64,000 nucleotides of DNA from the human T2T-CHM13v2.0 reference genome, Homo sapiens: NCBI RefSeq assembly GCF_009914755.1, contig NC_060946.1, one strand, 5' to 3'. Both the position numbers and the translations under genes were made by a program. Position 1 is the first letter of the stretch. Every line of letters starts with the position of its first letter. Under the pieces are notes generated by a model. It was given only the letters and a program-made list of their open reading frames with translations. It was not told where the DNA came from and did not search any database. Below, one piece after another: positions 45,325 through 62,598 of this stretch.

Positions 45325-46081
45325 GTGAGGATGTGCACAGGGCTCTGGAAGGTAACCTGAGAACACTCTCCAGCACCCAGGACAATGTGCAGAACAGACT
45401 ATTGACAAAATGTTGTTTAGAAGACTTGAAAAGACAGTATGAGGTCAGGGCCTTCCTTTGTTGGCCAGTGGCATTCCCTTCAGTTGGTGAAGGGCAAAGC
45501 AAACATCCTGACATTTTTGCCTGAGATGTTACCTAGGCCCTGTTTTAGGTTTATTTTGAATCCAGAACACACTTTGTAAACCTCAAACGTGGGTTTTTCT
45601 AAACCTCAGTCAAAGGTGAATCCAAGAGAGGAAATTCTTTGGATTTGGAATGCTGAGACAGGAGATTCATGCTGTGTGTTTTGGGCAACCTCTCTGACTT
45701 TTGTGATTTTGGTCATTCAGAAATAAATCCCACTGTTGAGTTTAGAATAAGTTAATGCTAAGGGCAATGGAAATGAAGGCTTATGTTTATAGAAACAACT
45801 CTTTTTGAACCAATGCTCTGAATGTGTTACGAACATCCAGTGAGAGTCAGTGTAGGAGGAAAGTCATTTAAGCCTTGACAGGCGTGAGCCCGGGTTACAC
45901 CTGGACTCAATATTCCTGTTGCTTTAGAAAACACTTTGCAAAATGCAGTCTTTGGCCCCTCTTTCAGTCACCTTGACACCCTAGGGGATAGATAAGGGAT
46001 ATGGGGAGGGCGTGACCTTCTTAACCAGATGAACTCAGGTCCATATATTCAAGCACCTCACACCCATCCTTGTTTGTAAAA

Positions 46082-46134
46082 GGGAGGCATAGGGCATAGG
46101 GAGGCATAGGGAGGCATAGGGCAGACAGGGCGGG
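46082..46134 (+). repeat. G-rich degenerate (GGGAGGCATA)n repeat, G-quadruplex motif
   Basis: Seven GGG runs with loops of 1-7 nt. Confidence 0.75.
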
Positions 46135-46350
46135 TGGTCTAGCTTGGTGGTGGGAAAGCAGCAGGGGTGCCAGGGTCACAAGGAGCCGGCACTGACACAC
46201 AAACTAAGCACTGTGGCCTGGTGGCTTAAGATAAGGATTCCAGTGGCTGCCAGCTTGAGTTGGCTGAATATTCAGGCCTGATTTTTATGAACCTACCTCC
46301 CACCCCCGGGATATAGGTGAGCAGGAAAAAGAGGTGATGATCTACATTAA

Positions 46351-46494
<144 letters not shown>

Positions 46495-46735
46495 TAATAG
46501 AGTTGGGATGTTTAGATCAGGCTCACATCTGGAAATGACACAAGGGCCAGAAAAGCAGGGCCATGTCTATTTTGAGATCATTTCAGCCACACTTTTGGGT
46601 GACCTATTTAGAAACAGTGCTCTATAATGCATGGAATTAAAAATGGGCTGCACGTTAACATTTTTAGCTCAGAACATGTTGGTCAAGCCACATTTATCAT
46701 CATTCTGTCACAGAGTTGTGATTGAGGGCAGCTTA

Positions 46736-47050
<315 letters not shown>

Positions 47051-47736
47051 CTACCAAAAACACAAAAAGATTAGCCAGGCATGGTGATGCACACCTGTAG
47101 TCCCAGCTACTGGGAAGGCTGAAGCAGGAGAATCTCATGAACCTGGGAGGCGGAGGTTGCAGTGAGCTGAGGTTGTGCCATTGTACTCCAGCCTGGGCTG
47201 CACAGCCAGACTCCATCTCAAAAAAAAAAAAAAAAAAAAAGAGAAGTGAGCACGCACCAAAGACTTGAAGGGTAGAATTTGGTTAGGTAGACAGTTAGAA
47301 GGTGAAGTTTCAGTGCGGGTGGGGGAAGCAGTATGAATTTGGTTTGGTATGATACTTTGGTTTTATGCTTTTTGGAAATACTTTTATATCTATTGTCTTA
47401 TCACCCCAGTGGGTGATCAAAATATATTTAAGTTATTAAATATATTTTATACATGGGCAACTTAACGTCCAGAGAGGTAGAAATATTAAAGTAACCTCTC
47501 AAACCAATAGCCAGGTATCCTGACTCAGGCTGCTGTCCTCTTTTCGTGACATTGTTCAGAGTACCTTTAAGGGATAGAGTAACATGAGCTTGGATCAGTA
47601 GGGGCAGCATTTGTGGAGCCTCAGAGGACAGAGATATTGTACAAAATGAGTGTGGAAAACATTAAAACTTTAAAAAAATTGGGCTACTACGTTGTGCTTT
47701 AGTGTTCTATAAGCTAACTTGAATTTCTAAAACCTA

Positions 47737-48075
<339 letters not shown>

Positions 48076-48442
48076 TCAAATTGGTTGATGATATTTTCCT
48101 TTATTCATTGGTAGGTTCATCCAGCAATATTCCTAGAGGCCTATGTCTAAGGCTAGGAATCTGGGTTGGCAGTAAGAGAATCCCTAAATGGTTATTATTT
48201 CATTTATTAATTCATTCACTTATTTTTTGGTTAACCTACTTACCAGCATTCATTTATTTTAGATGAGAAAACACATTGAATACAAATGTAGGGATAGAAA
48301 GACACTGTGCCCCTCTGTACTCAGAGGGCTGAAAATGTTACCTCTGGCTGCCAGATTATTTGTAAATACCTAGCCGGGCGCTGTGGCTCACACCTGTAAT
48401 CCCAGCACGTTGGGAGACCAAGGCGGGTGGATCACGAGGTCA

Positions 48443-48717
<275 letters not shown>

Positions 48718-49605
48718 CTATGCCAAGGAGCCATTTTTAGGAACCCAGAGTTTGAGCCTCTCAGGCTGTTTGGGGTAGAGTTGCGCCGAGGAGGGCTACT
48801 CTGGGACTCATTTGACTATACTTGAACTAGTTTCACTGGTTAACTGAAGCAGGGGGAATTACAGGTTCTGATGGTAGCAGCACCAGAATGTACCCAGGTA
48901 GTCTTGGAAGTTGTTTGGGGCCTGGGATAGCTCAGGTGGACCAGTTGATTTCCCATAAAATTTGTTTTAGAATTTTAAAATCATTTTAGGGAAAAGAAGT
49001 TTCAAAGAATCTTTATTTGGGGTGGTTGTGGAAGATTTTAACATGACACCATTGTGGAGTCCTCTGAGCTAAGGGTTCCCTGGCAGACTCAAATTGGAAA
49101 AGCATTTGCTGCAACCTGAAGCTCTGGCTCAGCCTTCTCTTTGGCTTCTGAGCTGTAGGTGTGTCCACCTGATGGACCTCTCTGCTCAGATGGCCCCCAA
49201 GTACCTCATCCTTAATGCATTGACAGCCAAACTCATGTCTCCCTGTTCCTCAGCCCATGCTTCCTCTTCCACTCCTTCTTCTGATTGGCTCCTCACCTCC
49301 GTTCTCACTGCATTGTTCAGACTCCTGTCATTTGTGGCCAGGATTATTGCAGTAGCCTTCAAAATGATCTTCCTGCTCTGTTCTCATCCCTTCTGATTCA
49401 TAGTCCATACTGTCACTGATGTTTCCAGATGCAGATCTGATCAGCCACTCCTTCCCACATGTAACCCTTTCATGGCTCTTCATGGCTATAGTGCTGATCA
49501 TCACCCAGCTCCTCCCTGTGGTTGTATCTTCACCTGCCTCCTCTTCCACATGGTACTGCAGGTGGAAAGAGCGCAGGCTCCAGGATCTTAGGACATGAGG
49601 CCTGA

Positions 49606-50005
<400 letters not shown>

Positions 50006-52929
50006 TAAATGTGATAATCCACATAAATTCTTAGGACAGTGCTGGACATCCATGGTGAGCACTCAACAAATAGGAGCTGTTGTTGTCATTACAATAACAT
50101 ATTTTGTATTCCAGGCATTTCTTGTGCTCCTCAAAAGAACTGTGTCCTCGTGTTCCTTTGCATAGATAGGTTCCTGTCTATAGAATATGCTTCTTCCCTG
50201 TCTTTAACCCCTGATTCTGACTGGCAGGCATGAACTTAGTTTATTATTCAGCTGCAACAATACCTCTTCTTTGAAGCCTGCCCCGGTGGTTCCCCCTCCT
50301 TCCCATGCCCTCCCGGGGTGTGTTAGGCATGTTTCCGCACAGCTCCGTATGCATAACCCAATTGTACAACTTGGCATGTTGTGATCTCACTGCTTGTTTT
50401 CCATGTCTGTCTCCTCACTAGACTGAAAGAGCTTATCTTTATTCATTTTCTCCACTCAATGTTTAACACATTTATGGACAAATGAATTTATATTTCCAAG
50501 ACCAAGTTGCCGTATGTGAGAAGAATTTGAATAACACACAATATTATTATTTAATTGGTATGCAAGTATTTAATTATACATAGTTTTTTTTTTTTTTTTT
50601 AAGAGACAGGATCTTCCTCTGTTGTCCAGGATAGAGTACAGTGGCTTGATCTCACTGCAGCCTCAACCTTTTGGGATGATGTGATCCTTTCACCTCAGCA
50701 TCCCAAATAGTTGGGACTACAGGCACATACCACCACACCTGGCTTAATTATATACGTATGCTCTGAATGCTTGGCTTCTCATAGATGGTGTGGGATCCTG
50801 GGGTTGTTTTTCTAGTCAGGGTGATATTGTTAAGTGGGGTCATCTTTTCCCTTTCCCAGTCCCTTTATGTAACCTATAGCATGTGTTTTCAAAGGGGTTA
50901 GTGGCCATCAAGAGGTGATCTATAGCCACATGGGAACTGAACTCCCATCTTTGACCTTAAGCTACCTGATCAATTATGTTAATGAGCCACTGAAAGAAAT
51001 TAGATAAAATTATTCAAATTTTTATAACCATATATCGGACATTAATTTGTTATAACCATATGCAAAACCAATTAATGTCAGATCTTCAGGATATATCCAT
51101 AGTCTTACTTCCATCAGTCTTAGCCTGGCCTAAGGTGCCATCATCTTTTGCCTGGATGCAGTAGCGAGTTACCTGGTCTTGGGCTCCTCCCTTGCCCTTC
51201 CATATCGTTTATTTTCAACACAACAAATCAGAGTGACCTTTATAAAATAGAATTTGGATTATGAACTTCTCTGCACAAAATTTTCCAAGGGCTTCCCAGC
51301 TCACTTGGAGTAAAAGCCAAGGCATTATGGTGGCAGATAGACCCCTCATGTCATGTGGCTGCTTGTTACGCTCAGTCCTCGTCTCCTGCTTTCTCCCTCT
51401 CATTTCACTCTGGAGGTTCCCCAGATAGATCAGGCTCACTCTGAATTGCAGGTCCTTCCTCTTGTTCGCCCCTCTGCTGTGCCTTTACTCCAGAGAGCAT
51501 CATGGCTAAGATCCAGATGTCTGCATTTGCCCAAGACAGTCCTGGTTTGAATTTGTGAACCCATATGACTATTAATAGTGTCCCCTTCCAGTCTCAGAGG
51601 TGTCCTGTATTGGATGATAAATGACATGGCCACCCTTCCCACAGCTCGCTCTCTCGCTTCCTTCAGGTCTTGCCTGAATTGCCATATTTTACTTCAGCAC
51701 TCCCCTCCTATCCTCTCTACCTAATATTTCTCCATTGTGCCACCTGGCATGCTAGATTTTTAAATTTTGTACTTTTTTTATTGTAAGTTCCATGACTGTC
51801 AGGATTTTTGTTTTGCTCATGACTGTATTCCCAGAGCTTAAAACAGTTCCTGGTGGCTGGGCACAGTGGCTCACGCCTGTAATCCCAGCACTTTGGGAGG
51901 CCAAGGCGGGCGGATCACCTGAGGTCGGGAGTTCGAGACCAGCCTGACCAACATGGAGAAACCGCCATCTCTGCTAAAAATACAAAATTAGCCAGGCGTG
52001 GTGGCGCATGCCTGTAATCCCAGCTACTTGGGAGGCTGAGGCAGGAGAATCGCTTTGAACCCGGGAGGCGGAGGTTGCAGTGAGCCAAGGTCACGCCATT
52101 GCACTCCAGCCTAGGCAACAAGAGCAAAACTCCGTCTCAAAAAAAAAAAAAAAAAAAAACAGTTCCTGGCACATAATAGATAGTTGAATGAATGCTAAAA
52201 ATCTTCTGAAGTTAGCTTTCTCTCTACTGAAGCATGATTTAATTTTTCTCTAATGCTTTTCTTTCTTATAACCTTCTTAAACAATTAACTAGATTCCTTT
52301 TTTCAAAGACTTGGGTAGTCTTTTTCTCCTTGCTTGGTTTTTAAGTGACTTTCCTTTCAAGCCATCCTCAATTTTCATGGAACATGTTTTGCCTTCTTCA
52401 AACTCACTAAACTCTTACCCATTCGAGAAAAGTGTATTGAACTCTAGGCACTGTGCTAAGGCCTGAGAAGAAACAAAAACTACTAAGACACTGACTCTCC
52501 CAACCTCAAGGAGCTCTGCTTCCTCATGCACTTGGGATTCTCTTTCAAGCAATTCCCATGTGGGGTAATGACGATGAAAGGAAAGCCGTCTTGTGGGGGA
52601 TTGAACTGTGAATGGTTTCAGTGTGGTTTGAACATGTGATCTCTGCTAAATGAGGATGTGCTAGATGAGGGAGTGTGCTGTGATGAAAACAACCAGGATC
52701 AGAATTCCCCCTGCCCCTCACTGGACTTTCAAGCTGAGGCTCAGGTTCTTCATCTGTGTAATGGGCATAAAGATCCTCCCCTTCCTGACTGCCTGTCCCA
52801 CAGAGCGGTTGTCTGGATCAAAAGTAGGTTGGGTACATTATGGGCTAGATTACCACATAGAGTCCTTGTTTTGGGACAAGGTGGGGTCTGAATTCACAAC
52901 TGGTTAACATTTCATTCATTAAAAAATCA

Positions 52930-53343
<414 letters not shown>

Positions 53344-54221
53344 TCATATGTGAATCATGATTCACAGGAGTATCATCTCTGTGGGTTTCCCTCCCAGCCC
53401 CACAGAATTTCATTTGGAGTGTTGTTGGTGGGGACCTGGTAGCTGCAGTCTTCACTTGTTTTTCACCCTGCTGCCCAGCAGAGACAGGGCAGTTGGTGTG
53501 ACTGGGCAGATAGTTTTTATCCCTCTGTATCTTTAACTGGGCACCATTTTAGAAGACTTGCTAGTAAATGTCTTCCTTTATTGGAGTTAAATCATTTTGA
53601 AAAAGAAAATAAGTGGATGCCATGTTTTCTTTCTCTTTAGTGTTGAGGCTTAGAATCTGCAACTTGATATTTGTGTTGAATATTAGGTGCATGCAGTATA
53701 TTTGGCCTGAGAGCCAAAGTAAAAGTAACTCATAGCATACTGAGACTGGATGGAAGGACCTCCGTCATTTCTCCAGGCCAGGTCAGTTTTTTTTATGGGT
53801 AAGTGCTGCCTCTGTAGCCCAGAGAAGAGAAACCACTTGCCCCAGGCACAGGCTTCTAGATATGGGCTTGGAACTAGCCCTAGAGGCTCCACACTGAGTA
53901 ACCTTTTTGACCTTGAGGTTTTCAGCCAGAGAACACATTCACAATTCTGAACAGATGTCAAAAGAGACAGAGCTGAGATGACTCTTACCAGCATTGGCTT
54001 CCGAAGTCTATGTCTGGCTTTGAACTTTGAGTGTGAGACTTCATTCCCAAATGTTGGGTTGGAGCAGAGCTGGCTGACCATGAGGTTTCACCTCCATCAT
54101 TGCAGGCTGGTGGGACTCTTCATATGCCAACAGCAAGTCTTTATGACTGAAAATAAGACCTCAGAGAGCCAGTGGGAAAGGCAGTGTGTTGGGCTTGAAT
54201 TACAAGGAAACTGTGTGTGAG

Positions 54222-54294
54222 TAGCTTCCTGGAAGTCCTTAAAATATTTGCTTAAAAGCATAATAGCTTCCTGGAAGTCCTGAAAATATTTGCT
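54222..54294 (+). repeat. 42-bp-period direct repeat, each unit containing CTTCCTGGAAG
   Basis: tagcttcctggaagtcct(t/g)aaaatatttgctt at 54222 and 54264. Confidence 0.9.
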
Positions 54295-54312
54295 TTTTCG
54301 GGGTATGCGTGT

Positions 54313-54314
<2 letters not shown>

Positions 54315-54354
<40 letters not shown>
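54315..54354 (+). repeat. (GT)20 microsatellite
   Basis: Read directly from the sequence. Confidence 0.97.
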
Positions 54355-54356
<2 letters not shown>

Positions 54357-55101
54357 GTAGGTGTGTCCACTAGAGATGGCACAGATCTACTTTTGGCCTA
54401 GGATTCAAAGCTGCTCTGTTAAGTTGAACTATTTCTTTTCTTTTTTTTTTTCTTTTTTTGAACTCTTTATTAGTGTAAGAATTTGAGTTGTCTTGCAGAC
54501 CAAGTCTAGAACAGGTTTTCTTTAAAAACAAAAACAGGTGATCAAATGAGCAAACTTGGCAGCCAAACCTGGGAGGTGATATGGTAACAATTCTGTTATT
54601 GCTCAGAGTGTTTTGCAAATGCCAGTTTGCCTTCATACCAGTTCTCAAGCTAAATAAGAAAATCCACCTCGTTGCTTCTTTATAATCATGCTTTATATTT
54701 GTATGAAAATGAAAGTTGTCAGCCAAGGTTTTTTTTTTTTTTCCAGAAAATTTAGCTCCAAGTGGCTTTTGGCTATTGACAAAGAACAGATAACATTTCA
54801 ACAGCTAAAAATTGGTGCCCCAGATGGATAGTCAAGAAATAGAGCATCTGTAAAGTTGAGCAGAAAGAATCTAAATTCAGGTTCCTCCTACTTACTGTGA
54901 GATCTTCAGTAAGTTGCTTAACTTCTCTGAGCCTCAGTTTCTTTATCTGTGGAAAAGGATCATACCTACCTCATATCTACTGGTGTGGGTTTGAATTAAA
55001 TGAAATACTGTATTTGTCTGACTTAATACATGTATCTTCTAGTATAACGAATATTAGTTTTTAAAAATCTGCTCCAAGCAGTTCCAAAAGAAAAGTCCTA
55101 A

Positions 55102-55380
<279 letters not shown>

Positions 55381-55444
55381 TGATCCCCCCGCCTCGGCCT
55401 CCCAAAGGGTTGAGATTACAGGCGTGAGCCCATCTTTTTAAATA

Positions 55445-56570
55445 AAAAAATTAGTTATTTAAAAATTTATGTCCAGTAAAATGTGCTATATTTAGTGTAC
55501 AGTTCTGTGAGTTTTGACAAATGCATAGAGTTGTATACCCACAAACAAACACATCAAGATAAGAAAATTTCCATCACCACCCAAAATTCCCTTGTGCTGT
55601 TGCTTTGTCCTCAGTCCGTCCATGTGTTCTCTGGCAACCACTCATCTGTTCTCTGTCCCTCTGGTTTTACCTTTCCCAGCATGTAACATACATGGAATCA
55701 TACAGTATGTAATTTTTTGAGTCTGGCTTATTTCACTCACCATATTGCATTTGAGAGATTCATCCACGTTGCCACGTGTCAATAGTTGCCTCCTTTTTAT
55801 TGCTGAGTAGTATTCCATTGTATGGATGAACTACAATTTGTTTATCCTTCCCCCAGTTGAAAGATAATTGGGCTGTTTCCAGGTTTTGGCAACTATGAAT
55901 AAGACTTCTATAAATGTTTACATGATTTTATATGAACAAAGTTTTCGTACGAACTTAAGTTTTCATTTTTCTTGTATAAATTTCTATGAGTAGATTGCTG
56001 GGTCAAATGGTAAATCTGTTTTCCAAAGTGGTGTGCCATTTTGCATTGTTATCAACAATGTGTAAGGCTTCCTGTTGTTCCATATCCTTGTCAACACTTG
56101 GTATATCCAGTCATTTTCATTATTTCATCATTCAAATCAAATAAGCATGTAGTGGTATCTTACTGCACTTTTTTTTTTTTTCTTTTGAGACGGGGTCTTG
56201 CTCTTTCAGAAACCCAGGCAGGAGTGCAGTGGCACAGTCATAGCTCACTGCAACCTTGGACTTCTGGGCACAAGCAGTCCTCCTGCCTTAGCCTCCTGAG
56301 TGGCTGTGAACACAGGTGCATGCCACCATGCCTGGCAAATCACTGTGCTTTTAATTTGCTATTTCCTTAATGACTACTGATGTTAAGCATCTTTTAATAT
56401 ACTTATGTTCCTTTTGCATATGTTGTTTGTCCTTTTCTCATTGGGTTGTTCGTTTTCTTGCTTTTGAATTTGAGAGTTCCCTATATCTTCTGGATGCAAG
56501 TCCTTTGCCAGGTGCATGATTTGCAAGTGCTTTCTGTCATGTTGTAGATTGTTTTTTCAAAGCTTTCACA
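55445..56570 (-). mobile_element. Old L1M (L1MB/ME-like) 3' region, antisense, with an Alu insert
   Basis: Typical antisense L1M motifs: ttgctgagtagtattccattgtatggatg and ttttccaaagtggtgtgccattttgcat. Confidence 0.8.
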
Positions 56571-57508
56571 AGAAATTTATAAATACTTGTTCTTGTTATA
56601 AAATATTCAAATGACCCAGAAGTATTTAGAGTAAAAAGTACAAATTCTCTTTTACCTCCTATCCCTTCCTCCAGCTTTCTTCTCAGAGTTAGCCACCGTT
56701 GAATGTTTAGTGAGCATCTTTCCAGTCCTTTTTAAAAAAATATTTTTATGTGTATTTACATAGAGATGGTGTCTCACTCTATCACCCAGGCTGGGGAGCA
56801 GTGGAGTGATTATAGCTTGCCACAGCCTTGAACTCCTGGCCTTGTGAGCTACCATGCTCAACCTCAATTCTTTTTATGGCATCAGAATTTTCTGATAAAT
56901 ATATGTTTTGAAAGGGACATTTAAGTACTGATAGGTGTGCTTTAAAATTAATTGTATTACTCGACAGTCAATAAATTGCATTTCAAAGAATCTTCCGGTT
57001 TTTCCTTTCAGCCCAGTTATAGGTAAAATCATTGTTTTTATGTTAAAGTAGTGAGTTTTGATGTCCTGTGTCATATTGTAGAAAGCCATGATTTGGGGAA
57101 GAAAATTCCAGAAGATAAGGATGGCTGATGAGTGGATTAAATTTAAATAGGTCATTTTGTTTTATTTTATATATTTTTTAGAGATAAGGTCTCTCTCACT
57201 CTGTCGTCGCCCAGGTTGGAGTGCAGTGGCACGATCAAAGCTCACTGTCAAAAATAGGCCATTTATATTCACTAAAGATTGCTCTAATTAGTTGAAATGA
57301 CTTTGAAATGTGTCCGTTTTCTTAAAATAAGTGGCAGGTTGCTCATGTTTGTGTGATCTCTTTTAGCAAAGAATGATACCAGTAACCTCAGAGTAAAGTT
57401 CTGGCTCATTCCCAATTTTAGATTGATCATTTTTCTTTGATCGATTCTTTTGTACTGTTTGAAATACTCAGCACAGAATTTGCACTTGGTTTACATTTTT
57501 ATTTTTAG

Positions 57509-57802
<294 letters not shown>

Positions 57803-59787
57803 TGAGGGAGGACTCTCTGGACTCTGTGATGGAAAGTGAGGGGGTGTGTGACTGAATGACCTGTTTTGGAAGGTGATTCAAGGGCACCTGGGAAAGGTAG
57901 CAGATTCCCTATAAGGCCCCCATGCTGGTCCAGAGCTGGCCTTCACCCTTAACTGCCTAATGATATCTCCATGAAAAAGTTGGAAAGACATAATAGGCTG
58001 TTAACTGGAATCATTTACCTGCCTGTAGTTGAAATATTTGGCTGAATTGCATTCCTTTTGATTGTCTTTTTGAATAGCTATGCAGTAAGAGAATGTCTAA
58101 ATATCTGTAATAATAAAATAGCAGAGAAAATCCTACCATTTGATAAACTTTACTTAGCTGTGACCAATGGATGTATATCACTGAGTCTTTTTGTCCCCAC
58201 TTTTTTTTTTTTTTTTGAGACAGTGTCTTGCTCTGTCACCCAGGCTGGAGTGCAGTGACGTGATCTCGGCTCACTGCCACCTCTGCCTCCCAGGTTCAAG
58301 TGATTCTTCTGCCTCAGCCTCTTGAGTAGCTGGGATTATAGGCGCGCGCCACCACGCCTGGCTAATTTTTGTATTTTTAGTAGAGACGGGGTTTCACCAT
58401 GTTGGTTAGGCTGGTCTCAAACTCCTAACCTCGTGATCCTGACCTCATGATCCGCCCGCCTTGGCCTCCCAAAGTGCTGTGATTACAGCCGTGAGCCACC
58501 TCGCCCAGCCTTTGTCCCCACTTAATAATCCTTTTACTATTTGTTCAGGTCCCTCCTAGCAGTCATTTGTAATGGCAACATTAAGCATATTACTGTATCT
58601 TGGTTTGAGTAATCATTTCTTATTCATGACCATTTGGATGGCTTTCTGCTTTTTAGCCATAGCATATAATGCAGCTATGATAATACCTGGTGGGCTGAGC
58701 ATGGTGGCTCATGCCAGTAATCACAGAACTTTGGGAGGCTGAGGTGGGTGCTTCACTTGAGCCCAGGAGTTTGAGACCAGCCCGGGCAATATAGTGAGAC
58801 CCTGTCTCTATTAAATTAGAAGTTAATAATAATACATAATACATGGTGCAGCAGGTGTATTTTTTCTTTTGGTTAATGTCTTTGGATTACACTCCCCAAA
58901 GTATGGTTGGCAGATTGACTATTTTCCAGAAAGCTACCAGCAGTGAATAGATGATTCTATTTCTCTACAACCCTGTCACCGGAGTTTGTTACCTTTGCTC
59001 ATCATTGTTATTTTAGTGGTTCTGAGGTGTAGAACTTCCTCAGAGTCCCTCTTTTCAGAACCAGAAGATACTGGGGTTAGAAAAGAGGCTGCACTCTTTT
59101 CCTAGAGACAGAACACCCTTAAACTTACAATCAGGATCCTTTCTCATCATGAGATCTCGAACTAAGCATTTGAACAGTCTGTGTCTTGTTGTGTGCCCAG
59201 CAGAAAGCATTTCTACAAGATTTTTGTAATCCTGAGGGTCAGAAGGCTGATGATGGCCAGGATGATCTAAGAGGACATAAAGATAGATTTGTCTTCTGTT
59301 TCTGGCTTCCCCACTGGGGCTTTGATCAGGTCCTCATCTTCTGTTTTAGCCAGGAAGTAAAAACAAGCTCACCTTCTCGGCTGCCATATAGAAAAATGGA
59401 GATGATTAATTAGGCTATTCGGGCCTATGTTTTGGATTCCTGAATTATTAATGAGTTTATAAGGCCTGTGTAGAGCATGAATTAGATCTGTTGCAGGCTA
59501 AATCATCTTCCCCAAGTCAGTGGTGCCACGTGGGGCATCTTTCTGCTGTGACTTAGCACACAAATTTTGTTCTTCATTGACGGGAGGGCTGATGAGGCAG
59601 CAGGGGCTACAACACATTATAAGCTGTTAGCATGGTACAAAAATAAAGTGAGTATCCCATTCAGAACTTAGAGACAAACGCTCAGAGTTTTTCGGCTTCG
59701 TATTGCTCCCTTCTTTGGAAAGTTAAAAGATAGTCTTCACTTAAATTACTTAAAGAGGTAACTGCCCTATTATTTTAACTCAGTGAA

Positions 59788-60004
59788 GCTCAACCAGGGA
59801 GGATTTTCCTAACCAGGGAGGATTTCCCTCCCCCAGGGGAACATGTCAATGCCTGCAGACATTTCTGGTTTTCACAGCTAGGGGATGCCACTGGCATCTA
59901 GTGAGTAGAGTCCAAGGATGCTGCTGCGGTACCCAGGACAGCCCCCACAACAAAGAATTATCTGGTTCAAAGTCTCTGTTGTTGCCGAGGCTGAGAAACT
60001 CTGC
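59788..60004 (+). mobile_element. MER20 DNA transposon fossil with a short internal duplication at its 5' end
   Basis: ctcaaccaggga ... ggcatctagtgagtagag ... cccccacaacaaagaattatctgg ... gagaaactctg. Confidence 0.8.
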
Positions 60005-60472
60005 TTTAACTGAGGAGCAGGCAATTCGGGACAGACCCATGTGGTCAGGACTGCTCTGCTAACTGCAGCCTTCATTTTTGGATTGTTAAAACTCTGTCTC
60101 TTAAAGTTCCAGCCTCCTAACTTTCCCAGATATCCTTACTTGATTTTTCCTCCCACCCTTTTGAATCTGTTACTTATTTTTGCAGTGCTAGAAGTATTCC
60201 TTATTTCTGCTACTGTATGCTGTTTGCTCCCAAACGAGGCTGAGCTCCCCTCCTTTCCCCACCTAGCCACTCTGCAGTCCTTGGGAGAGGCTCGTGCTTG
60301 GGCCTCCCTGCTCTTGGAACGTTGATGTGCTTCGACATGTAATTCTGCCTGCCCTGCCGTAATCTCACCTGCATTGCGGCTGCAGCTCACAGTCAGCAGA
60401 AAATGAAAAATATCAGCTGTGAATCCCATTTGCATGATGGGATTGGATAAGCATGTGCACTGCATTGTCTAA

Positions 60473-60980
<508 letters not shown>

Positions 60981-60999
60981 GTTAAATAAAAAATTTTAA

Positions 61000-61164
<165 letters not shown>

Positions 61165-61338
61165 TAGGAGTAGCTGGGAGTGGCAGCACCACATCTAGCT
61201 AATTTTTGTGTATTTTATAAAGACGCTATTTTGCCATATTGCCCAGGTTGGTCTCAAACTCCTGGGCTCAAGTCATCTGCCCATCTGTTGCGTCCCAAAG
61301 TGCTGGGATTACTACCTTGAGCCACTGTGTCTGGCTGA

Positions 61339-61563
<225 letters not shown>

Positions 61564-62313
61564 TAGTAGAGATAGGGTTTCACCATGTTGGCCAGGCTGG
61601 TCTCGAACTCATGACCTCAGGTGATCCACCCACCTCGGCCTCCCAAAGTGCTGGGATTATAGGTGTGAGCTGCTGCACTGGCTGTGGGTAATTTTATGAT
61701 GTAAGAACTGTTCGTTTCTCCAGAGTTCTATTGACATCAACTATTTCTCCTCGTTGATTGATTTATTTTTAACTCCAGTTGGTTCTGGCTTTGATGTTTA
61801 TTCTCATATTTTCTAATGCAATTATTTTGGGCACACTAAATCTGATCTTCTTTTCTAAAATTACTCATTTGGGCATTGAGTTACCTGCCTCTTTTCACCT
61901 CTTTGAACTGTTAATTTTCCCCAAAACACTGATTTACAAATTGTTAGTAGTTTTTTTTCATATTTTCTATTATATTTTCTTTTCTCTATCTCTTTTATAT
62001 ACTGTCATCCAGGCTGAAGTGCAGTGATGCAATCTTGGCTCACTGCAACCTCTGCTGGGACTACAAGCGCGTGCCACCATACTTGGTTAATTTTTGTATA
62101 TTTTTTGGTAGAGACAGGGTTTTGCCATGTTGCCCAGGCTGGTCTTGAATTCCTGGGCTTATGCATATGCAATCTGCCCATCTCAGCCTTCCAGAGTGCT
62201 AGGATTACAGACATGAGCCACCATGCCCAGCTCAAACTGTTAGTTTTATGAACCACCATAGAATGGTTATAAGGGGATGAAGCAAAGGAGATGATGAGAC
62301 TGTGCACTCTTAA

Positions 62314-62598
<285 letters not shown>

